Below are positions 20,231 to 28,117 of a DNA stretch of 64,000 nucleotides, in pieces (position 1 is the stretch's first letter; every line of letters begins with the position of its first letter). The notes below the pieces were generated by a model, which had not been told where the DNA came from, made no database searches, and saw only the letters and a list, made by a program, of their open reading frames with translations. Origin of the DNA: Nitrosopumilus sp. (lineage in GTDB: Archaea; Thermoproteota; Nitrososphaeria; Nitrososphaerales; Nitrosopumilaceae); contig OZ244651.1 in the NCBI GenBank assembly GCA_965218695.1, positions 2,395,687-2,459,686 of the forward strand, read 5' to 3'. Both the position numbers and the translations under genes were made by a program.

Positions 20231-21299
20231 TCTCCTGCAACCTTTCAGGACTGGAAGGGCAAGTTCCTGCAGGGAGGCAAACATGCTCTCATAAACAGGG
20301 GAGATGCGGCCAAAAACCATTTGGCAGAGGTGGAAAACCTCAAGCGCATAATCGACAAGATCACCGTAGCCAACGACATTTTAAAAAAAACTTTGGAGGG
20401 AACAAAGTGATGAGAATGCAGGCCATCAGTGATGTAAGCAGGCACATGAGCCTGAACAAGGCCCTGCAGTACTGCGGCATGTCCAAGCATGCCTGGTACT
20501 ACACCAAGAAGCCAAGAGACGTGGCCATGGACCCGGACGTGGTTGACGTGGTAAGAACCATAGCCTCCAAGCGTCCCACGTACGGAACCAGGCGCATGGC
20601 AGCGCAGGTCACCAGGGAGACAAACATTCCAACAAATCGCAAGAGAATACAGCGAATATATCACAAAATAGGCTGGATCGAGCCCAAAAAGACTAAAAAC
20701 GACATCATTCGTGCCTCAAGGCGCAGGAGGTTCAAGCCCACCGCACCCAACCAGCTATGGGAGACTGACATAACGTACATCCACTGCGGGATTGATGGAT
20801 GGTGCTACTGTTTCAACGTCCTTGACGTGTTCACCAGAAAGTGGGTGGCGTACATGTTTGACACCACGGCTCCTGCCCACACGGCAGTGCAATCGGTGCT
20901 AAAGGCGGTGTCGTCTGCAGGAGAGATCTCAAACCTGAGGCTCAGGACCGACAACGGTTCCCAGTACAGCAGCCGCGAATTCAAAAAGGCCATGCAGGCA
21001 CTGGGGATAAGACACGAGTTCATCTGGAAGCAGACGCCGGAGCAGAACGGACACGTGGAGTCATTCCACGGGACGCTCAAGAGGGAGTACATCTGGCCGC
21101 ATGAATTTGCACGCTTTCAGGATGCCGAGGTCGTGCTTGCAAAGGCCTTTGAGGACTACAACAAGGACAGGATCCATTCGGCGCTGGGATATCTTACACC
21201 TGATGAGTTTGTAGGCAAGATGGAGGTTGGGAATAAATGAGAGGCAGGATTATTCGGAAAAGATGCAAAAAGTGGTACCAAAAACAGGGGTCCAGATCA
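20231..21299 (+). mobile_element. IS3-family element, 5'-truncated
   Basis: orfA tail, A8C slippery run at about 20383-20391, orfB, and right end ...GGGGTCCAGATCA. Confidence 0.88.
20407..21240 (+). CDS. IS3-family OrfB transposase (rve integrase core)
   Basis: YGTRR, PNQLWETDITY, TDNGSQY, NGHVESF, YN..RIHSALGYLTP. Confidence 0.93.
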   Translation: MMRMQAISDVSRHMSLNKALQYCGMSKHAWYYTKKPRDVAMDPDVVDVVRTIASKRPTYGTRRMAAQVTRETNIPTNRKRIQRIYHKIGWIEPKKTKNDIIRASRRRRFKPTAPNQLWETDITYIHCGIDGWCYCFNVLDVFTRKWVAYMFDTTAPAHTAVQSVLKAVSSAGEISNLRLRTDNGSQYSSREFKKAMQALGIRHEFIWKQTPEQNGHVESFHGTLKREYIWPHEFARFQDAEVVLAKAFEDYNKDRIHSALGYLTPDEFVGKMEVGNK

Positions 21300-21458
21300 A
21301 AGACGTTCTATGAAGATATCTAAAATGGTTATCCAAATGAATTTTTCCGTTTAGATATCTATCAAAGAACTTGAGTTGTAATACTGTCTAGCACTTTGAA
21401 TTGAATTTGTCAATGGCTTGCATGATCCTTTAAATGTTCAAATTACCTTAATGGCATC

Positions 21459-21767
21459 ATGGGGTTTCTGTCAAATTTTAAAAAAAAATCTAATGAGGCT
21501 AAAAAAGCCAAAGCAGCACAAATCAACGGCAAAGAACTAAAAAAGTTACTAAAGAAATTCAAAGAGGAACGAGACAGAATTGAGAAAGAGACAGGCGTCA
21601 GACCTCAAATCGATTCTCATACACAGATGTTCATGCAGAAAATTCTAAACGTTTGGATTGATCAGGGAAGAAATATTGATGAAGAGAAATTTTGGAGGGA
21701 AGTTGATTATAACCGACAGTTTACTCACCCTGTAGAATATTATGAGAGAAACCATCATGGTGTATAA
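21459..21767 (+). CDS. Small hypothetical protein of thaumarchaeal type
   Basis: Clean AT-rich ORF preceded by TTTAAA; function not recognised. Confidence 0.75.
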   Translation: MGFLSNFKKKSNEAKKAKAAQINGKELKKLLKKFKEERDRIEKETGVRPQIDSHTQMFMQKILNVWIDQGRNIDEEKFWREVDYNRQFTHPVEYYERNHHGV

Positions 21768-22022
21768 TAATAAGGAGCATGTAGTAGAGATATCATCACT
21801 TGATGCTATAGTGAAACGTGAAAGTTTGTTCCAAGTTCAACACATCAAACCGGAAACCATGTAGATCACATAGTCTTCTGACGCTGCATGGTCAAAGTAA
21901 CACGGGAAAAACTCGAAGAGGCATACCGGAAGGAGGAGGATCACAGGGTGGGAGCCGGAATGCTTGCAGTACACATGAGATCTCATGCAGAATGCGCCTG
22001 ACTTAAAAAACTGAATTAAATT

Positions 22023-24281
22023 GTAAGAGGTCGCCTTTGCGAAGCGATTTCGTGCCTGATCTGCCCCGATTAATTACCAACTGAGCTACGTTTTCGGCCG
22101 TAAATGCCCATTTAATTGGCATTATTCTGAGTTTTTCCGGGGGAGTCCGACTGAGCTACGTTTTGGCAGATCCGGTGATCGGGCTTGCGAAGTGGCCTTT
22201 TTTGGCGCTGTCCGGGGCGGTGCGTTGTGCCCGAATCGGGTGGCGGGCCGGCACGGCGGCCTGACATGTCAGGCAACCGGTGCGACGGGAGTCGCGCAGG
22301 ACATGCAGGGCAGCCATGGATGGATTTTGCAGGATTTATGCAGCTGTTGCTGCTACTGCCGGTATTTTTTCGACCATGCCTCGCATGTAGTCGACCAAAA
22401 AGTCGTGCGGGTTGACGCCGCGCATCCTGCACGTCTCGCGGATGGTGGCCAGGACGGCGTGGTTGTATGCGCCGGCAAGGCTCTTGCTGCCGCCTGAGAC
22501 CTTCCGGGATGCGACGCTGGGCCGCAGGGGACGCTCGGCATCGTTGTTATGGCACTTTGTGTTGAGGCGGATGAATGGGAACAGATGGGTGATCTCGCGC
22601 CGCAGCCGCTTGACAAACCGCTTGCAGTGGGGTTCGGTGTAGCTGCCAGACATCAGGCGCCTCACCCGGGCCAGGAGGTTGCGCACCTTGAGGTTTCGCG
22701 CGGCCTTGTCGTCATGCGGGTTGAGTCCCTTCTCTGCGTGCCAGGAATCGATGATTATCCCCTTTAGGGCCTTGGCAAACTTTTTGAATTCTGGCCCCGG
22801 GTTTTTCATGGCCAGGGTGCGGATGATCTCGCGGAGATAGTGGTAGTGGCACTTTTGGTGGGTTCTGCCGATGCGGTTCCACGCGGAGTGTGAATCAGAG
22901 GTGACGTGGCCTGCGTACCCTCCAAGCAGGGTCTCCAGCACGTCTCCTCCCCGGCGCTTGTCCACGTAAAAGACAGTCGAGTTGTCACCGACTAGTATCC
23001 ACAGCCAGTACAGCACACCGGCTACCCTCCAGCTGGTCTCGTCCCCGAAGACATGCTCTGAGAAGAATATCTCCTCGAGCATCTCCTCGTAGAGCGGGTG
23101 GAGGGATCCTGTCACGGCATCCACGTGGCCGATGACAGTCGACTTTGCAAGGCCCGTGTGGTAGATTATGTTGATCAGCTTGCGGATGGGTTCGTATGGA
23201 ATGTTGTACATCCTCATCGTCGTCTCAAGGCACGTCAGGCTGGCGCCGAACCGTCCACCGGGGACGACCCCTGGGATCTCGGGGGCAAACTGCCTGCCGC
23301 ATTCCCTGCAGTACCTGCGGACGACGGTATACTGGATGCCGGTCAGCTTCCCGTCGATAATCTCCTCGACTACCCGGATGGTCACCTCGGTGGGCTCCTT
23401 CGAGAGGGCATGGCCGTGCGGGCAGGCGGGCATGTCGACTAGCTTTTTTTCGGATATCGGGGGAGGATCACGGCCGGTGCGCAGGCAGACGACCTTCCTG
23501 AACGGATTCGGCGCAGGCCCGGGCGATTCCCGGAGCCGCTTCTGGGAGCGGCGGCTTTTGATGCCCAGATTCTCGGCTGCCAGCGCCGAGTTGGCCGCGC
23601 GCGCCTCCCTCAACTGAGAGGCATGCTCTGATGCCTGCTGCTCCAGGCGGGCTATCCTGTCCATGACTGCCTGCGAGACGTCGCATCCCTGCAGGAGGGC
23701 GGCATTCTCTGCCCGCAGCTTCTCTACCTCTACCTTCAAATTCTCCATATCTCCTCCCAGATTCTCTATCTCTGCATCTTTCAGCTCTATCTCGGAGTCC
23801 TTTTGTTCTATCTCGGAGTCCTTTTGCACATTCTCTTCTTCCAGCAGTTTGATCCTGGCATCCATCTCCGTCAGCATCGCGTGTTCCCCTGAGAAGGCCT
23901 CTGCCTCCTCCTTCAGCTGCTCGATGTCTTTTCTCAGCGCCATGCTCTCCTCGTCCTTGGATTTGAGCATGTCAAGGACGGATTCGAAGAGGGACCTGGT
24001 GTCTGTTACGGAGTTCCAGTCAATCTTTTCCAAGTCGATTACAGGCACCACGCCATAACACGGGAAGGCATGATCCATAAAGCTTTTGGGCACGCAGCGC
24101 CTGCCGGAAAATGCGGCGCAAAAGATCCAACCGGAAGAGCCTTGATCCGAAAACCGCCCTGTCTGAGGACCGTGTTGATAACGTGCAATTAATCGGGTAT
24201 TTATGGTCAAAAACGTAGCTCAGTTGGTAATTAATCGGGACAGATCAGGCACGGAATCGCTTCGCAAAGGCGACCTCTTAC
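22023..24281 (-). mobile_element. IS66-family element (single ORF, ISBst12-like) with about 100-bp TIRs
   Basis: GTAA... ends; 8-bp TSD ATTAAATT at 22015..22022 and 24282..24289. Confidence 0.93.
22336..24210 (-). CDS. IS66 transposase (TnpC-like); true start probably near 24050
   Basis: Coiled coil, zinc finger (CPHG...CRECG), GDETSW, YWLW, SD, HQKC..H..R, NNDAER.LR...RK.SGG. Confidence 0.9.
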   Translation of the reverse strand: MTINTRLIARYQHGPQTGRFSDQGSSGWIFCAAFSGRRCVPKSFMDHAFPCYGVVPVIDLEKIDWNSVTDTRSLFESVLDMLKSKDEESMALRKDIEQLKEEAEAFSGEHAMLTEMDARIKLLEEENVQKDSEIEQKDSEIELKDAEIENLGGDMENLKVEVEKLRAENAALLQGCDVSQAVMDRIARLEQQASEHASQLREARAANSALAAENLGIKSRRSQKRLRESPGPAPNPFRKVVCLRTGRDPPPISEKKLVDMPACPHGHALSKEPTEVTIRVVEEIIDGKLTGIQYTVVRRYCRECGRQFAPEIPGVVPGGRFGASLTCLETTMRMYNIPYEPIRKLINIIYHTGLAKSTVIGHVDAVTGSLHPLYEEMLEEIFFSEHVFGDETSWRVAGVLYWLWILVGDNSTVFYVDKRRGGDVLETLLGGYAGHVTSDSHSAWNRIGRTHQKCHYHYLREIIRTLAMKNPGPEFKKFAKALKGIIIDSWHAEKGLNPHDDKAARNLKVRNLLARVRRLMSGSYTEPHCKRFVKRLRREITHLFPFIRLNTKCHNNDAERPLRPSVASRKVSGGSKSLAGAYNHAVLATIRETCRMRGVNPHDFLVDYMRGMVEKIPAVAATAA

Positions 24282-24402
24282 ATTAAATTGGGTTATTCCC
24301 ACGTGCGGCACCACATGCGGCCGAATATCCACAGAATCGTAAAGCATGCCAATCCAAGAAGGATAACCGAAACGTTAAGATCGGTGATTTTTACGCCACA
24401 CC

Positions 24403-26863
24403 GTGATGGCAATGCTAGTCGATCCAACGGTGCAGAGATTACAGCAGGAAAACGAGGCGCTCAGGGAGTCGGATGAATTCCGCCGGCAGAGGATCAGGGC
24501 CCTCAGGGAGGCGCGCAGGACAGACCGACAGAAGTGCGAGGCCCTCGAGGAACACCTGACTGATCACTGGACTGTCACGTCTAGGTATCTTGACGACATC
24601 ATAAAATATCCTGAATTCCTGCACGCCATGACGCTGCGCACCCCGGAAAGGTTTGACCACACGCTGCACCGCCTCGAGGATCTTTTGGAGCGGAACGGGG
24701 AGACTGCGCTCTTTTCTGAAATCAAGAGCAGATCGAAAAACTCCGGGAGCAGGCGCATCCTGCCCCTGAGGCACGCGTATACCAGCAATGAAAAATTCAT
24801 ATCAAAATCGCTCATAAATTTTTGATGCAACAGCCGTCTCTGGAAATTACGAGGTGCGTTGAATTCCCAAATGACGAGAAAAGACGCCCCGAACATTAGA
24901 CATTGCATGCTCTGGTGCGCCGTGCATGGCACACGCTAGGCGGCGTGGATCCGGTGCGGTTTGATGTCGTTCTAGATGGCCCTGTACAGAAAATTCTCGA
25001 CTACCAGATTCGGTTTTTTGTACCTCGTGTACCGGGTGATCGCCTCGCGGAGCATGCTCAGGCTGGTGTACGGCACGTCAAGCACTGCCCGTTTGAGATC
25101 CCTCCAGTACGTCTCTATGGCGCTCAGGTCCGGGGTCGCAGTTGGCAGGAAGATTATCTCCAGGCCGTCTGTGCCATCAAGCAGTTTGCGTATGTTTGAT
25201 GCCCTGTGCTGGGAGGCCTTGTCCATGATCAGGCAGATCTTCTTGAACCTGTACATCGCCTGCCTTAGAAAGTCCTCAAAGGTGTCCTTGGTAAACGCAT
25301 CGTACTGCCGGAACATGCCCCTGCCGTCCGTGGTGATTAGTCCATGGATTATCGTCTTGGAGTGTGAGCCGGTGTACGTGAAAAACGCCCGTATTCCCTT
25401 CCTGGTGTAGCCGCGTCTTCGCGGCCGCGCATCGGAGATTACTATGGACTCGTCCTGTATCGCTACGACTGTTCCTTCACTGTTCTTTTTTTATAATCTC
25501 TGGCATCTCTTTTTGGAATTTCCTGATCTCCTCGTCAGGTGCCCTTCTTGCATGTTTTCCTACGGGAACCTTTTGGGAATAGCCCCACCCGCGCAGTATC
25601 TGGCGCACATATCCGAGTTCGTACTTTACTCCGGTCTTCTGTTGGATGTATTGCTGCATCTCCCTGCCCGTCCAGACCGGTTTACTGCATGCGGCCTTTC
25701 TGATCTTCTTCATGTCTGCCTTGCTCGCCTTGGTCGGCCTGCCGGAGCGCGGCATGTTTCCCAGCCTGTCAAATCCGACTTCCAGGTAGCGCTCATGCCA
25801 CTTGTAGCCCCACGAGGCTGACTTTCCCAGGGATTTTGCAGAATCCCTCATGGTTATTCCATCACGTTTGACTCTGATGATCAGCATCATGCGGTCCTTG
25901 GTATCGCAGTCTGTCTCAGCGGTGTATCTTTTCAACATCGTCTTGATCTTCATTGACTGTGGGACGTGAAATTGGTATAACTCTAGATGCGGTAAAATAT
26001 GTGACAATCGCATCAACTTTTCACTTTTGGTATACCTGCTGTGGCTGTTTCGGGCAAGGCTGAGCATACCGCAGGAAGCCCTTGCCGCGATGTTTGGCGT
26101 CGACCAGGCCACAGTCTCCAGGTACCTTCCGCTGATGACCAGGCTGCTAGGCGAGACAGGCACGGCGCCGCGCAAAATCAGCGAGGCTGCACAAAAGGCC
26201 AGGACGCTTGAGGAGAGCAAGAAGATAATACCCGGCAGGAGGGGAGGAGAACTGATGGTGGACGGCACGCACAACCGGGTCAGAAGGTCCGCGGACAAGG
26301 AGAGGCGCAAAAAGACGTACTCTGGCAAGAAGAAGGCACACACGTACAACACCAACATCGTGATCAACAAGCGCCGCGTGATAGTGGCGATAAGCAAGAC
26401 CGTTCCGGGCAGCGTCCACGACAAGACCCTGCTCAACGAGGATCCGCCAAACCTTGGAATCATTACGGCAAGGATGGGTCAGAAGGACGTGCCCGAAAAG
26501 GAAAAGCCTGACGTCCTGATGGACAAGGGCTACCAAGGGGCAAGAGAGGAATATCCCGGATGGCACATCAGGCACCCGCACAAGAAAAAGCGTGGAGCCG
26601 ACAAAAAGACCGGCGGCCTGACAAAGAAGCAACGCGCCTACAACAAGAGGGTAAACAGCTCCCGTGTGGCCATAGAGCACGTTATCGGAAGCCTGAAACA
26701 GTACAAGAGGCTGACTGACCCGTACGACGGCACCGAGGAGGAGTACAACGACGAGCTCAACGCGATTGCGGGAATGGTAAACCAGGATCTGATGTGGGAC
26801 GAAATAAAACTCAGGGACGCGGACCTTCTCAAAAGGCTGGCCGAGAAAAGGGCGCGCCTCTGA
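24403..26863 (+). pseudogene. IS5-family transposase interrupted by IS630-B
   Basis: Removing 24780..26034 restores RHAY|LLWLFRAR; VDGT, YSGKKK, DKGY, IEHVIG.LK. Confidence 0.9.
24780..26032 (-). mobile_element. IS630-family element type B, copy 2 (split transposase 24972..25953)
   Basis: Near-identical to 8650..9902; TA duplication. Confidence 0.95.
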
Positions 26864-27882
26864 GGCAGGGCGGCACGAGCCGCCTGACGGAGTGAAAGAC
26901 AGGTGGCATCAGGCAGTGCAGGAATGTCGCGCACGGCATCCAATATTTGTGCAAATTCCCCCACCATTCCCCATGAAACAACCTGCCGCCCCGGGGACGG
27001 ATGCCGCACATCCACAGGACGTGCCTTATTTTCCAATACTGGAAACTGGATTTTTCACATGGACGTGCAAGACAAATTTGTAAAATATACGGCAGACGAG
27101 ATTTTCAAATATGGCCACGTCTAGCGCAGTTCTGACATGATTTTATGATTTGCCACGTCAGGCACATTCTGCATAGGATCTATGGTACATTTTCGTAAAA
27201 TGAGCATAGATGATGCAGCCGTCAATCTTCTGCGATGTCCCAAGTGGGTACGCAACTGATTGGGACGCTTCGAAGCCGGAGGCCTTGAAGGCCTCCGGGA
27301 TCTTCCCAGGTCCGGCAGGCCGCCCAAGATTTCACAGGAAGCGATGAATGGCGTACTGGGCAAGGCAGACCGGTTCAAGACCACTCCTGCTGAAGTGCGA
27401 CAGGTCATACACAAGGAGACCGGAACAAAGATGCACAGAACGAACGTTAGAAAAATCATGCAAAAATACGGCCTGTCTCCCAAGGGGTCACAAAAAATTC
27501 ACATCAACAGGGCCACCAAGGCAGCTGTAAAAAGTTGGCAATATCACCTCAAAAAGAGAATTTCACGCCTAGAAAAAGACGGTTTTGTCATAGCCATGGA
27601 AGACGAGGCGTTCTTCATACACGATGTAAAATCCGGTCGCAAGTACTGGTCCCCCGTGGGGGTGCCAATAATCGTGCCATACACGGGAAGCCACAAAAGA
27701 ATTACCGCGTACGGTTCAATTACAATGGATGGCAGGCAGTTCTTCAGGACAGAAAGATGGTTTAACGCGCCCACTTTTGTTGCATATCTCAAGGCCATGC
27801 AGAGACATTTTGGGAAGGTAACTGTCATGGTGGACCGGGCGTCCCCGCACCGCGCAAAGCTTGTCAAGAAATTATTGCGGGA

Positions 27883-28017
27883 GATTCTGCGGCCGGCCCG
27901 GTGCCAGAATGGGTCAGGACGGTTGTCGGAGACTGGTCAGGCGGCACTGCAGAAGATTATGCCTTCGTCAACGCCATACAGTTTCTCATCCGGAGCGGCA
28001 TGATGGGCCTGGGCTGA
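27883..28017 (+). pseudogene. C-terminal remnant of a thaumarchaeal surface protein
   Basis: Reads VPEWVRTVVGDWSGGTAEDYAFVNAIQFLIRSGMM*, matching the common 'IP.W.K....W..G...D..F..AIQ.LI..G' tail; fused to the truncated IS630. Confidence 0.7.
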
Positions 28018-28117
28018 CTGGAATATCCTGATTGCCTGCCCGTGTTTGGGCAGCCTTGGCTCAAGCAACCGGATAATGCCTGCCGCACATCCAAAATCAA
28101 GCGGCGGTCCGTGCCGC

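Larger units (their letters stand above)
21978..27181 (+). mobile_element. IS5-family element B carrying nested IS66 and IS630-B
   Basis: TIRs AGATCTCATGCAGAATGCGCCTGAC / GTCAGGCACATTCTGCATAGGATCT; 3-bp TSD ATG. Confidence 0.9.
21809..27882 (+). mobile_element. Degenerate IS630 type A, outermost element of a nested stack, 3'-truncated
   Basis: Left TIR at 21809; transposase homology breaks at GTACACATG (21977), resumes at 27182 and is lost after about 27882. Confidence 0.88.

Noticed and set aside
25477-26463. 328-aa minus-strand ORF as a novel fusion protein
   Set aside because: Artefact: the antisense of the IS5 transposase runs through the IS630-B TIR into its HTH frame.
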